From Limnochordia bacterium (GTDB taxonomy: Bacteria > Bacillota > Limnochordia > Darwinibacteriales > Darwinibacteriaceae): DNA of 64,000 nt. Below the pieces are notes generated by a model. The model saw only the letters and a list, made by a program, of their open reading frames with translations. It was not told where the DNA came from and did not search any database. Every line of letters begins with the position of its first letter. The first letter of the stretch is position 1. A program made the position numbers and the translations under genes. Positions 9,663 through 20,413 of the stretch are shown here, piece after piece. The stretch covers positions 65,112-129,111 of the forward strand of contig JBMNKP010000002.1 in NCBI GenBank assembly GCA_050952265.1, read 5' to 3'.

Positions 9663-11393
9663 ATGAGGAAACACGTGTTCATCTGGACGCTGCTTCTGGC
9701 GCTGGTCGTCAGTGCCGGGGTGGCGAGTGCTGTGGAGTTGTTGGATCCGAGGATCATCAACCTGGCCGAAGAATTTGGGATGGAAGTCGGCCGCTACGGT
9801 GGTACGATGACCGTTCACGGCGGCGCAAGCGGCCCCAAGACCTTCAACCCGCACAGAGCAGCTGAGACTTCCAGTACTGATGTGACTGACCGCATCTTTG
9901 AAGGCCTTGTTGTCCTGCACCGCGACACCGGTATGGTCCTGCCGAAGCTGGCGAAGGAGTACGTGATCAGCGAAGACGGCACAGAGGTAACCTTCTACCT
10001 GCGGCAGGGCGTACAGTGGCACGATGGTACCGAGTTCACGGCCGATGACGTCATCTTCACCTTTGACGTGGTCTATGATCCGGCTGTCGGTTCCAACTCC
10101 AGAAGCGGCCTGCTCATCGACGGCGAGCCGATGAAGTATGAAAAGATCGACAAATACACGGTTAAGTTCACGCTGCCTCGTCCGCATGCTCCGATCATGT
10201 ACAGCATCGGAACGCCGATCGTTCCCGTTCATCTGCTTGGCGAGGCACATAAGGAAGGCCGTTACCATGAGATGTGGGGTCTGGAGACGCCTCTGGATCA
10301 GATCGTGGGTACCGGTGCTTGGCGCATCTCGTCGTACCGCATTGACCAAGAGCTCATCCTGGTCCGGAACGACAACTACTACGAGTTTGACGAAGCCGGC
10401 AACCGCCTGCCCTATCTGAACAGGATCATCTTCCGTTACTATCCCAGCACCGACACGGCGACTCTGGCCTTCTTCAACGGTGAGTTTGACTACATCGGCA
10501 TTCCGGCCAACCAGTATCCTGAATACGTTGACCGGGAGGTAGACAGCCGCTGGAGCATCATCACCGCCGGGCCGAACCCGGGAACGAGCTTCATCGTGTT
10601 GAACCAGAATCCCAATGCCGTTCCGGAGCCTAAGCTGTCCTGGTTCACCGATGTTAAGTTCCGTCAGGCCATTGCCCATGCGGTTGACAAGGAAACCATC
10701 CTCGACATGGCTATGAACGGGATGGGCTACATCCAGGATAGCCCGATCAACATGAGGAATGATTTCTTCCTGAAGAAGGATCTGAAGACCTATCCGTACG
10801 ATCTTGACTTGGCACATGAGAAGCTTGAGGCTGCAGGTTACAAGCTCGGCGCCGATGGCATCCGCCGCGATCCGAACGGCAATCCGATTGAGTTCGATCT
10901 GATTACCAACCCCGGCGTGCCGATCCGCCAGATCGTGGGCGAACTCTTCCAGGAAGACCTGGCTGCCCTGGGCATCAAGGTCAACTTCAACCAGATCGAC
11001 TTCAACGTGGTCGTGGAGAAGCTGACCAGCACCTTTGACTGGGATGCGATCATCATCGGCCTCACTGGTACCTTTGATCCCAACGGTGGCTCCAACGTCT
11101 GGCTCTCCAGCGGTAACCTGCATATGTGGTATCCTTACCAGGAGACCCCGGCTACCGAGTGGGAAGCCCGCATCGACGAAGTGTGGCTGCAGGCCCAGAG
11201 GGCTATGGATCCCGAGGTACGGCGTCAGTGGTACTTCGAGTTCCAGGACATCGTTGCCGAGAACGTGCCGCTCTTCTACACCGTAACCTCCGAGAACATG
11301 GTAGCCGTGCGCGACCACCTGCGCAATGCTATCCCGGATGGCATCGGCGGTGGAGTAGCGAGCGCTTGGAACTACATCTGGATTGACAGGTAA
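9663..11393 (+). CDS. ABC transporter substrate-binding protein, family 5 (peptide/nickel)
   Basis: The protein has a signal peptide and the family-5 substrate-binding-protein architecture. It lies after the permeases behind its own leader. Confidence 0.85.
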   Translation: MRKHVFIWTLLLALVVSAGVASAVELLDPRIINLAEEFGMEVGRYGGTMTVHGGASGPKTFNPHRAAETSSTDVTDRIFEGLVVLHRDTGMVLPKLAKEYVISEDGTEVTFYLRQGVQWHDGTEFTADDVIFTFDVVYDPAVGSNSRSGLLIDGEPMKYEKIDKYTVKFTLPRPHAPIMYSIGTPIVPVHLLGEAHKEGRYHEMWGLETPLDQIVGTGAWRISSYRIDQELILVRNDNYYEFDEAGNRLPYLNRIIFRYYPSTDTATLAFFNGEFDYIGIPANQYPEYVDREVDSRWSIITAGPNPGTSFIVLNQNPNAVPEPKLSWFTDVKFRQAIAHAVDKETILDMAMNGMGYIQDSPINMRNDFFLKKDLKTYPYDLDLAHEKLEAAGYKLGADGIRRDPNGNPIEFDLITNPGVPIRQIVGELFQEDLAALGIKVNFNQIDFNVVVEKLTSTFDWDAIIIGLTGTFDPNGGSNVWLSSGNLHMWYPYQETPATEWEARIDEVWLQAQRAMDPEVRRQWYFEFQDIVAENVPLFYTVTSENMVAVRDHLRNAIPDGIGGGVASAWNYIWIDR

Positions 11394-11416
11394 GTCAAGG
11401 TAGCAAGAAGCAGGAA

Positions 11417-11450
11417 AAGAAGGCACCCGCGTGGGTGCCTTCTTTATATG
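11417..11450 (+). terminator. Rho-independent terminator of the substrate-binding-protein gene
   Basis: The hairpin aagaaggcaccc-gcgt-gggtgccttctt is followed by a T-rich tail. Confidence 0.7.
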
Positions 11451-11459
11451 GACAGAAAG

Positions 11460-11490
11460 AAAGCCCCGGTGTACACCTGGGCTTTTACGG
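11460..11490 (-). terminator. Rho-independent terminator of the atp operon (minus strand)
   Basis: The hairpin aaagccc/gggcttt is read on the minus strand and is followed there by CTTTCTTTCT. Confidence 0.6.
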
Positions 11491-11492
11491 TG

Positions 11493-12026
11493 TTAGCTGG
11501 TTAAGGTGTGGGCGAGGGCATTCAGGCGGTGTTTGAGGCTGGCATCCAGGACCTTTCCATCCACCTTGATGATCAGGCCGCCAACTATGCTCGGATCCAC
11601 CTGCATGCGCAGGATGACCTTTCGGCCTGTGAGCTTGCTCAGTTTCTGCTGCAGCTCGGAGCACTCTTCTGGCGTCAGGTCAAGAGCAGAGGCGACCTCG
11701 GCCACGGAGGTGTTCTGATCATCGAGGACCAGCTGCTCAAACTCACGGTACATCATCGGGATGAAGCCTTCACGGCCTTTTTCCACCACCAAGAGCAGGA
11801 AGCTCTCGAGAAGCGGTGAGAGCTGCATCAGGCTGATCAGCTGAGCCTTGCGTTCCCGTCCCGTTCGGGGGTGGTAGAATGCCCCGCTGATTACCGGATC
11901 TTCCAGGACGGCCAGTACTCTTTTGAACTCCTGAGCGAGTTCAGCACGTTTGTCCTGGCCCGTCAGAAACAGCGCTTGGGCATAACGGCTGGCGATTTGA
12001 GAACTCCTCATGGTGGTCATGCTCAT
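11493..12026 (-). CDS. atpH: F-type ATP synthase subunit delta (OSCP)
   Basis: The protein has the delta/OSCP motifs IASRYAQALF and DPSIVGGLIIKVDGKVLDASLK. Confidence 0.85.
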   Translation of the reverse strand: MSMTTMRSSQIASRYAQALFLTGQDKRAELAQEFKRVLAVLEDPVISGAFYHPRTGRERKAQLISLMQLSPLLESFLLLVVEKGREGFIPMMYREFEQLVLDDQNTSVAEVASALDLTPEECSELQQKLSKLTGRKVILRMQVDPSIVGGLIIKVDGKVLDASLKHRLNALAHTLTS

Positions 12027-12523
12027 TGCAGATGTCCTTTGCCTAAGCTGCCAAGCTGGTTGATCGTGTCAGCTATGAGATGTCTGTGCTGCGCTGCATC
12101 CAGTGACTCATCGATGACCTTCGAGGCCAGCAGTACCGACAGCTCACCAACCTGCTGCTTCAGCTCGGCCCAGGCCTTGTCCTTTTCCAGCTGGATTTCC
12201 TTCTGCGCCCGGTCTAGGATCGCTCTTGCCTCAGCTTTGGCTTCGGCGATCAGTTTGGCTTGGACCTCCTCGGCTCTTCTGGTCGCCTCGTCAACGATCT
12301 GCCGCGCCTGCTGGCGGCTTTCTTTGAGCTGCTGCTCCAGCTCCAGACGCAGAGCTTCGGCCGCTTTTTGGCCCTCTTCGGCAGAGCGGATCTGGCCCTC
12401 AATTTCGGCCGTACGCTTATCCATGAAGGCGCGTACTGGTTTGTACAGCAGCTTGTAGAGCAGCAGAAGCAGCAGGATAAAGTTGATCGTCTGGGCCAAT
12501 AAGAGGTTTTGATCAATCAGCAT
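12023..12523 (-). CDS. atpF: F-type ATP synthase subunit b
   Basis: An N-terminal transmembrane segment is followed by a long charged coiled-coil (AEE..KAEAR). The start is GTG 12532 or ATG 12523. Confidence 0.8.
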   Translation of the reverse strand: MLIDQNLLLAQTINFILLLLLLYKLLYKPVRAFMDKRTAEIEGQIRSAEEGQKAAEALRLELEQQLKESRQQARQIVDEATRRAEEVQAKLIAEAKAEARAILDRAQKEIQLEKDKAWAELKQQVGELSVLLASKVIDESLDAAQHRHLIADTINQLGSLGKGHLQ

Positions 12524-12607
12524 CAGAGTCACCCTTTACAGCATATCTAGGTCCAGAACCAGCACCAAAGACGCAGTGATTCCCACTACACAATGCCCGG
12601 TGCCTTT

Positions 12608-13551
<944 letters not shown>

Positions 13552-13562
<11 letters not shown>

Positions 13563-13929
13563 GCTTGATCCTCCCCCGCACAAGGTGGTAGAAGATGGCC
13601 AGGCGGGGCATGAGCAGCCCGCCAAAGGCGGCCATGTAGTTCAAATGGGGACTGAGAACTGCCGCGGTCAGGGTGGCAGCATAAAGGGCACAGCGCTTGA
13701 AAAAGGACTTCATGTTCAACCGGTACACATCCCGCCTGGCGAGCTCGACCGTGCGAGCAAGCCGCAGCAGGCGAGTACCGTCGATGATCATCAATCTGAG
13801 CACCAGCACACTCATGGACCCGCCCATGAGCAGGCCGAGAGCGGCTTCGACGCTCACAATCAACAGCCCTGCGCTGAGCAGGACTGTGAGTGCGACTGTG
13901 GTACGCAGCACATCATTTTCGTCGAACAT
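13552..13929 (-). CDS. atpI: ATP synthase protein I (AtpI)
   Basis: A small protein with two to three transmembrane segments sits at the atpI position. Its start overlaps the atpZ stop as GTGATG. Confidence 0.65.
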
Positions 13930-14147
13930 CACTTGCGCTCCGCGTTGGAACCTAATGTGTCCATGATCAGCCTATAGGCACTCCAAAAGGCGGCGATACA
14001 GCCAAGCAGCAAAAAAACGAGGGTGAACACCGCCCGTGTTTTGAGCAGGCGATCGAGGTAGAGCCCCACAGCGATACAGATGCCAACGCTGGCGATCATG
14101 GTCACTCCAACTTGAGTAACCAGAGCAAGGTACTTCAGGCCGTTCAT
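13929..14147 (-). CDS. atpZ: AtpZ/AtpR-type small membrane protein of the atp operon
   Basis: It is a 72-aa two-transmembrane protein (MNGLKYLALVTQVGV..). ATG 14147 follows GAGGAG; the track ORF extends upstream of this start. Confidence 0.55.
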   Translation of the reverse strand: MNGLKYLALVTQVGVTMIASVGICIAVGLYLDRLLKTRAVFTLVFLLLGCIAAFWSAYRLIMDTLGSNAERK

Positions 14148-14342
14148 CGCCGCTCCTCTCTTCTTCTCACAAACCTTTATACATGTTCCACACCCAGGAT
14201 CATTTTCCTGCTCCCGCCGGCAAATCGCTTCTTTGAAGAAGTTCTCCATGTATGATAACATATCAGGGACAGGATATCCATGCCTGAGGTCAGCGCTCTG
14301 CCTCGGCTGGATGAGCTAATATGCTGCAATGGGAGATGTTTG

Positions 14343-15674
14343 ATGAAGATAGGAGTTGCGTCCTTAGGTTGCGCCAAAAACCTAGTTGATACGGAAATCG
14401 TGCTCGGTTTCTTGGCAGATGCGGGCCATGAGATTGTCAGTGATCCCAACCAAGCCGAGATCATCATTGTCAATACCTGTGGTTTCATCACCGAAGCGAA
14501 GGAAGAGTCTATCGAGACGATTTTGGAGATGGCTGCCCTCAAAGAGACGGGCCGCTGCCGCGGCCTGGTGGTGATGGGCTGCCTTTCTCAACGCTACTCT
14601 CAGGAGCTCTGGAAGGAGATTCCCGAGATTGACGCCCTTCTGGGCACGGACGAATTGGACCTGGTTCCAGAGGTTATCAAGCGGATCGCCGGTGGCGAAA
14701 GGGTACTTGAGCGCCGCGGCCGCCATTTCGACTACAACCGAAATTTCGCACGCCTGTCGACTACCGGCTCGCACCTGGCGTATCTGAAAATCGCGGAAGG
14801 TTGTTCGCACAGCTGTGCCTTTTGCGTGATCCCCCAGATCCGCGGGGAATACCGCAGCCGGACTCCTGAGTCAATCCTTGCGGAGGCCAGGCAGCTTGCG
14901 GCAGCGGGTGTAAAGGAACTGGCGGTGATCGCACAGGACACAACCGCCTACGGAAGGGATATTGGAACCAGTATTCTGGAGCTGCTGCGGGAGTTGGCCT
15001 GCTTGGACATACCCTGGATCCGCCTTCTTTACACCTACCCGACTTCCATCAGCGAAGAGCTGTTGAACTTGATTGCCTCAGCTCCGAATGTTGTGAAGTA
15101 CATCGATCTGCCCCTCCAGCACGTGTCCGAGAACGTGCTGCGGCGTATGAAGCGGCCAGGCAGTTTTGCATCCACTGTGAGTCTGGTCAACAGGATCCGG
15201 GAGCTCATCCCCGGAGTCGTCATCCGCAGCTCTTTTATAGTAGGTTTTCCGGGGGAGACTGAGGAAGATTTCCAGGAGCTGTTGAAGTTCCTCGACGGCA
15301 TGCGCCTGGACCATGTGGGGATCTTCAAGTATTCGCGGGAAGAGAACTCGGCCGCTTACTCACTGCGCGGACAGGTTCCTGAGACGGTGAAAGAAAGGCG
15401 TTGGAGTGAGGCCATGGCCTTACAGCAGAGGATCTCCGCTGATCTGAACCAGCGTCTCGTGGGCAGAAACCTTCAGGTTCTGATCGAACACCTATCCTCA
15501 GAGTCGGAATTAGTGATGGTTGGTAGGCACAGCGGGCAGGCTCCCGAAGTAGACGGTGTGGTCTACCTGGGCCGCGGAGAGCTGCGGCCGGGAGAGCTGG
15601 TTACGGTGCGCATAACTGATGCGCAGGCCTATGATCTGGTTGGAGAGGTGGTGGAAGGCGTTGAACCTGCCTAA
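14343..15674 (+). CDS. rimO: Ribosomal protein S12 methylthiotransferase RimO (MiaB-like radical SAM)
   Basis: The protein has an N-terminal MTTase domain with a first cysteine cluster (SLGCAKN, C...C...C), a radical-SAM CxxxCxxC cluster (CSHSCAFC) and a C-terminal TRAM domain. ATG 14343 follows GGGAGA. Confidence 0.8.
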   Translation: MKIGVASLGCAKNLVDTEIVLGFLADAGHEIVSDPNQAEIIIVNTCGFITEAKEESIETILEMAALKETGRCRGLVVMGCLSQRYSQELWKEIPEIDALLGTDELDLVPEVIKRIAGGERVLERRGRHFDYNRNFARLSTTGSHLAYLKIAEGCSHSCAFCVIPQIRGEYRSRTPESILAEARQLAAAGVKELAVIAQDTTAYGRDIGTSILELLRELACLDIPWIRLLYTYPTSISEELLNLIASAPNVVKYIDLPLQHVSENVLRRMKRPGSFASTVSLVNRIRELIPGVVIRSSFIVGFPGETEEDFQELLKFLDGMRLDHVGIFKYSREENSAAYSLRGQVPETVKERRWSEAMALQQRISADLNQRLVGRNLQVLIEHLSSESELVMVGRHSGQAPEVDGVVYLGRGELRPGELVTVRITDAQAYDLVGEVVEGVEPA

Positions 15675-15675
15675 T

Positions 15676-16182
15676 ATGGTTACTCTGCTCCGCATTTCCC
15701 TGGTGCCTCTGTTTGTGTACCTGTACCTGAAGAACCCGGGTCAGGTGAACCTGCCGGCAGCGCTGGTCTTTGTCCTGGCTTCGGCTACGGATGCCGTGGA
15801 CGGGTATCTCGCACGCAGCCGCCGGGAGATCACCCGCTTCGGGCAGCTCATAGACCCCATTGCCGACAAACTTCTCATTACCGCTGCTCTTCTTGTCCTG
15901 GTCCAGGCGGGGTTGGTCAACACCTGGATGGCTCTGATCATTTTGGGAAGGGAGTTCGCCGTTTCTGGCCTGAGGATCCTCGCGGCCGCTGAGGGAAAGG
16001 TCATCCCAGCATCCCTCTGGGGAAAAATTAAGACCATCAGCCAGATTGTGGCGGTGATAGCCTTTTTCCTAAGGGTGTCCTGGGCACCGCTGCTCATGTG
16101 GTTGGCGGTCATCGCCACGGTATTGTCTGGTGTCAGGTACTTCCAGAAAGCCCAAGATGTGCTGAAAAGCTCGCTGAAATAG
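15676..16182 (+). CDS. pgsA: CDP-diacylglycerol--glycerol-3-phosphate 3-phosphatidyltransferase
   Basis: The CDP-alcohol phosphotransferase motif DAVDGYLAR..G..D...DK is present. ATG 15676 lies 1 nt after the rimO stop. Confidence 0.85.
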   Translation: MVTLLRISLVPLFVYLYLKNPGQVNLPAALVFVLASATDAVDGYLARSRREITRFGQLIDPIADKLLITAALLVLVQAGLVNTWMALIILGREFAVSGLRILAAAEGKVIPASLWGKIKTISQIVAVIAFFLRVSWAPLLMWLAVIATVLSGVRYFQKAQDVLKSSLK

Positions 16183-16197
16183 TGTGTTATAATGTTG

Positions 16198-16229
16198 AGT
16201 GTCAGTACTGGATACTGACACTTTTTTTG
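16198..16229 (+). terminator. Rho-independent terminator after pgsA
   Basis: A 10-bp stem agtgtcagta/tactgacact is followed by TTTTTTT. Confidence 0.8.
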
Positions 16230-16253
16230 TTTGTCTTTGGGGGGAGAAGGCCG

Positions 16254-16817
16254 ATGACATATCGCGGCATTTACCTGCCGGTAGCCGCTTTGGTTTTCAT
16301 ACTGCTGCTGGCATCCGGCTTGTTTGGAAAGAACGTCTACGAACAGAGGAGGATTGTCCTGCCGCTCCAAAGCGAACTGCAGGAAGCACAGGGCGTGCAG
16401 AGCGCTAGCCTGCAGCGGGAGGCCCGTGGTAAGCTCGCAGTCTATCTGGAGCTGGATCCAGAAACGCCGCTCTCCATAACCTTAGCTGAGGTGCGGCGGA
16501 TCGCAGACCGTTTTGGCACCAACATCGCGGTTTACGTGCGCGACTCAGCTTCTCCTGAGCTGGTACGCATCTTTGAACGGGTGCAGCTCGCCGCGGAGGA
16601 AGCGATCATGACAGGTGAGTTCACCCTGCTTGAGGAGCGTGTTCAAACTTGGGCAGCCGCCGCAGGAGTGAGCTGTGAACTAGCCGTTGACCGGGACTTC
16701 ATTTATGTATCGCTGATCCATGGCCCCAGTGTCCTCTGGCGGGCCATCAGCCGCTCTCCTGGTGGGGAGGCAGCAGTATCTGTAGAAGGGGGTGCTTTAG
16801 CTTGGCGAAATGGATGA
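16254..16817 (+). CDS. Hypothetical membrane-anchored protein (single N-terminal TM)
   Basis: ATG 16254 follows GGGGAGAAGG. The stop overlaps the next start as ATGA. Confidence 0.5.
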   Translation: MTYRGIYLPVAALVFILLLASGLFGKNVYEQRRIVLPLQSELQEAQGVQSASLQREARGKLAVYLELDPETPLSITLAEVRRIADRFGTNIAVYVRDSASPELVRIFERVQLAAEEAIMTGEFTLLEERVQTWAAAAGVSCELAVDRDFIYVSLIHGPSVLWRAISRSPGGEAAVSVEGGALAWRNG

Positions 16818-18301
16818 AAGAGATAACCCTAGGTGCCGCCCTGGCAGCGTTAGTTCTCGTAGTGCTCTGGGGGGTCGATCTGAACCTGATCCTGCTTCCT
16901 CTTGCCGCGCTGACCCTCGGCGCGCTGCTCTTGACCAGCAGGGGCGGGTTGACCGCGCGCTTCAGCCCTGCCCGGCTGGGAGTGGGGGACAGCAGCAGTG
17001 TTCCAGCGGTGACCTTTGCCCAGATAGGCGGCCAAGAGATCGCCAAGCGCGAGCTTTTGGAGGCGCTCACCTTTCTCAAGGAGAGTCCCAAAACCAGGCA
17101 GCTTGGCATCAGGCCCTTGAAAGGCGTTCTGCTCGTGGGGCCGCCCGGTACCGGCAAGACCCTTATGGCCAAAGCGGCCGCCAATTACACGGCTTCAGTC
17201 TTCTTGGCAGCTTCTGGTTCCCAGTTTGTCCAGATGTATGCCGGGGTCGGGGCAAGCAGAGTGCGCCAGCTCTTCCAGCAAGCCCGCTCAGCAGCAGAGA
17301 GGGAGAAGAAGCGCAGCGCGATCATCTTCATCGACGAAATCGACGTCCTGGGGCCGAAAAGGGGAAAACACGCCAGCCATCTGGAGTACGATCAGACCCT
17401 GAATGAACTGCTGACCCAGATGGATGGGGCGGACAGCGCTCACGATATCCAGGTTTTGGTTGTTGCCGCTACAAACCGCGCCGACCTGCTCGACCCGGCG
17501 CTGCTCAGGCCGGGACGGTTTGACCGCATTGTCCAGGTGGACCTGCCAGACAAGGCCGGCCGCCTGCACATCCTCGAGATCCATGCGGCAAACAAACCGC
17601 TGGCTGAGGACGTGTCTCTGGAACAGATCGCTTCGGAAACCCAGGGTTTTTCCGGAGCACACCTGGAAAACCTCTTAAATGAAGCTGCCATCTGCGCTCT
17701 GCGCGGTGGACGCCAGGTGATCGAACAGGCTGATCTCAGGGAGGCAGTGGAGAAGGTGATGTTGGGTGAGAAGTCCAACCGCCTTCTGCGGAAAGAAGAG
17801 CGGGAAAGGGTCGCCTATCACGAGGTGGGCCATGCGGTCGTCAGTGAGCTGGTCAAACCCGGTTCCGTCGCGACCATCACCGTGGTGCCCCGCAGCCGGG
17901 CTTTGGGGTACATCCGCCAGGCTCAAGAAGAGCAGTATCTTTACACCCAGGATCAGCTGCTGCGAGGCATCCAGGTCTGCGTAGCAGGTGCGGTCATGGA
18001 AGAGCTTGTATTGGGGCAGCGCTCCACGGGTGCCGCTAACGACATCGAGCAGGCCGTGCAGCTGGCCAAGCGCATAGTCTTTTCAGGACTATCGCCCCTC
18101 GGTATAGTCAGTTCGGATCTGCCTTCCGCAGTGCTCCACGATGCCGTTGTGAAGATCATCCGGGCGCAGGAGGACGCGGTCAGGGAGATGCTGAGCGAGA
18201 GGCTGGAAGAAGTGAGGGAGATAGCCGCCAGGCTGCTTGACGAAGAGAGCATGAGCGGCCATGCCTTCCGCGAGCTGCTTCAGGGGAGACGGGCTTCCTA
18301 G
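16814..18301 (+). CDS. Short FtsH-like AAA+ ATPase / M41 zinc metalloprotease lacking the periplasmic domain
   Basis: The protein has a single N-terminal transmembrane segment, Walker A GPPGTGKT, Walker B IIFIDEID, a second region of homology, and the zinc site HEVGHAV. Confidence 0.8.
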   Translation: MKEITLGAALAALVLVVLWGVDLNLILLPLAALTLGALLLTSRGGLTARFSPARLGVGDSSSVPAVTFAQIGGQEIAKRELLEALTFLKESPKTRQLGIRPLKGVLLVGPPGTGKTLMAKAAANYTASVFLAASGSQFVQMYAGVGASRVRQLFQQARSAAEREKKRSAIIFIDEIDVLGPKRGKHASHLEYDQTLNELLTQMDGADSAHDIQVLVVAATNRADLLDPALLRPGRFDRIVQVDLPDKAGRLHILEIHAANKPLAEDVSLEQIASETQGFSGAHLENLLNEAAICALRGGRQVIEQADLREAVEKVMLGEKSNRLLRKEERERVAYHEVGHAVVSELVKPGSVATITVVPRSRALGYIRQAQEEQYLYTQDQLLRGIQVCVAGAVMEELVLGQRSTGAANDIEQAVQLAKRIVFSGLSPLGIVSSDLPSAVLHDAVVKIIRAQEDAVREMLSERLEEVREIAARLLDEESMSGHAFRELLQGRRAS

Positions 18302-18343
18302 TTGTTCCAGAATCGGGAACCTGCTATAATCAAAGGGAGCGCC

Positions 18344-18790
18344 TCAACGGATCAGCAGGCGCGAGAGAAGTGCTGTGATGCCGGCGGCCATGACGGGTCC
18401 AACGGAGACCCCTCCGAAGAAAGCGACGCTGAGCATCACCCCGATGACGATGCCCGGGATAATTGATGGTTCTGCCGCCACAAACTCCAGACCCTGGCTG
18501 TTCAGGTAGCCTCCCACGAGCCCGCCCACGATGGACAGGATGCCCACTGGGCTGAGCAGGGCCGTGGAGAGGCTTTTCAGACTCACCTGCCCGTTAGCGA
18601 ACGGTACCATGAGTGCAGTAGTCAAAAGGAGCAGGCCCGCCTCGAGTCCGCGAGTCTGCAGGAGCGGCAAAAACCGTTTTAAGTTCATGAGGTCGAGGAA
18701 CAGGACGATGGCCGCAGCCGCGCCCAGAAGGTTATTCTTGGACAAGATGGCTGCGGCAAAGACGAGCAGCAGGGGTAGTGCTGAAGGCAT
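18344..18790 (-). CDS. UPF0756/DUF441 family membrane protein
   Basis: The 148-aa protein has four transmembrane segments with the typical LLG..AA and GPV.AAGI pattern. Confidence 0.65.
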   Translation of the reverse strand: MPSALPLLLVFAAAILSKNNLLGAAAAIVLFLDLMNLKRFLPLLQTRGLEAGLLLLTTALMVPFANGQVSLKSLSTALLSPVGILSIVGGLVGGYLNSQGLEFVAAEPSIIPGIVIGVMLSVAFFGGVSVGPVMAAGITALLSRLLIR

Positions 18791-18832
18791 TTTTATCCCC
18801 CCTAGATCATCCTATTCCCGACTCGCCGGTCT

Positions 18833-19300
18833 ATGAAAGGGATGATGGCAATAGGCTCTCCATCAGGTCTGGGACTGATCGCCTCAAATCGAGTTTTGAT
18901 GGTCTCCGTGTTGGCGTGGGCCGTGGCCCAGCTGCTGAAGATCGTCTCCTGGGCGGTAACCCGGGGGAAACTGAATTTCAAAAGGCTGGTGGAACCAGGA
19001 GGAATGCCGAGTTCACACAGTGCCTTCGTGACTTCGCTGGCCACAGGGGTTGGGCTTACGGAAGGGTTTGACTCAACTCTGTTCGCCCTTGCGGCCGTGT
19101 TCGCCTTGATCGTGATGTACGATGCCGCCGGTGTGCGGCGGGCCGCAGGCAAGCAGGCTCGGGTGCTCAACGCCATCATTGAGGATCTCAACCGCAGGGA
19201 ACTGCACCCCGAACGCCTGCGTGAACTCCTGGGACATACGCCAGTGGAGGTCCTGGCAGGGGCACTGCTCGGTATACTTATCGCCGTATGGAGGCTTTGA
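18833..19300 (+). CDS. Divergent PAP2 / DUF212 (YuiD-like) membrane protein
   Basis: The translation has the motifs MPSSHSA and YDAAGVRR. The start is uncertain among several N-terminal Met codons. Confidence 0.7.
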   Translation: MKGMMAIGSPSGLGLIASNRVLMVSVLAWAVAQLLKIVSWAVTRGKLNFKRLVEPGGMPSSHSAFVTSLATGVGLTEGFDSTLFALAAVFALIVMYDAAGVRRAAGKQARVLNAIIEDLNRRELHPERLRELLGHTPVEVLAGALLGILIAVWRL

Positions 19301-19341
19301 AGGTGAAAGGCACAGGGTTTTCCTGTGCCTTTCTGGCGATC

Positions 19342-20313
19342 TCACGGTGTCCAGATCTCTGGGGCAGAGTAGTAACCGACGAGGCCGTGCCGGGTGACAG
19401 CGGCAACCACATACTTAACCTCTGGGGGAAGTTCGTCCATGTCTAGAGTGTGTACACAGGAGGTCGTCTCGAGCGGTGTGGGAGTGAGCACTTCAAAGCG
19501 CTCAAGGGGGCTCGTCTGGGCGAGGACGAGGTACCCAGCGAGGTTCCAGTGGTCCACGGGCGCCCAAGAGATCTCAACCTCAGGACCGGCGCCAGTCGCA
19601 GACACCCAAGCAGGAGGGGGCAGGAGCGTCTCCACATGGCCCGAGATCACCAGATCCTCGGTTTCTGGGCGCCAGACCAGCGAGACGGATTCATTCTCGT
19701 CAACGTCGATCACCCGCCAAACGCCGACGCCCAGCCTGTTCCCGGCATGGAACGACTCGGTGTAGAGTTCGATTTTGAACTCATAACTGCCTGGACTAAT
19801 TTCGAGTGTTGCTTCGAAGGGAGCGTCTGCAGCCTGGCGAATTAACTCGTGCATCTGGTCATTGAAGTAGATGCGGGCGCGCAGTGCCTGGTTGCGGAAG
19901 ATGTAACCCTCGAGATCGATGGTGATATGCACTGTACTGGCTGCTGGCCGGAGGACGAGTTCAACAGCCTGGGGGGTTCCATAGGCGACTTGGATGGTCT
20001 GTGGTTTGCTTTGGAAGCGTACTATGCCTTCTGCGTCCACCAAGTATACGGTGAGCTCCCACTGGCCGACGGGCACCTGTACGCTGCCCTGAAACTCATT
20101 TCGCTCCACGGGAACGGTTGTTTCCACGACATGCTTTCCTCTGCTGACGATGATGCGGGCTTCAACGACCGTGTCGGGGGTGGCATCGAGGGTGCCCAGG
20201 ACGGTTAGGGGCGAAGACGGGTCGACAGACGGTGGGGCAAGGCAGGCAGCAGTTGCCACGGCCACAGAGACGAAGAGCAGGAGGAGCGCAAGCCGCGGGG
20301 TGCCTTGTTTCAT
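19342..20313 (-). CDS. Secreted (lipo)protein with C-terminal fibronectin-III-like domain
   Basis: ATG 20313 follows the RBS GGAGG and encodes a signal peptide MKQGTPRLALLLLFVSVAVATAAC. The track ORF extends antisense into cinA as an artefact. Confidence 0.6.
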   Translation of the reverse strand: MKQGTPRLALLLLFVSVAVATAACLAPPSVDPSSPLTVLGTLDATPDTVVEARIIVSRGKHVVETTVPVERNEFQGSVQVPVGQWELTVYLVDAEGIVRFQSKPQTIQVAYGTPQAVELVLRPAASTVHITIDLEGYIFRNQALRARIYFNDQMHELIRQAADAPFEATLEISPGSYEFKIELYTESFHAGNRLGVGVWRVIDVDENESVSLVWRPETEDLVISGHVETLLPPPAWVSATGAGPEVEISWAPVDHWNLAGYLVLAQTSPLERFEVLTPTPLETTSCVHTLDMDELPPEVKYVVAAVTRHGLVGYYSAPEIWTP

Positions 20314-20413
20314 GCCTATCCTCCTCAGTCTCCCTGGGCGTACCTTTAGTATAACAGACGAAGGCTGAAGAGTAAAGTTAAAAACATAATATTCTGACAT
20401 TGGGGTGACCGTC

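Noticed and set aside
9507-11426. 639-aa ORF on the minus strand
   Set aside because: It is antisense to the well-supported substrate-binding-protein gene. Its composition is rich in R, P, G and A, as expected of high-GC antisense frames. It has no motifs and no RBS.
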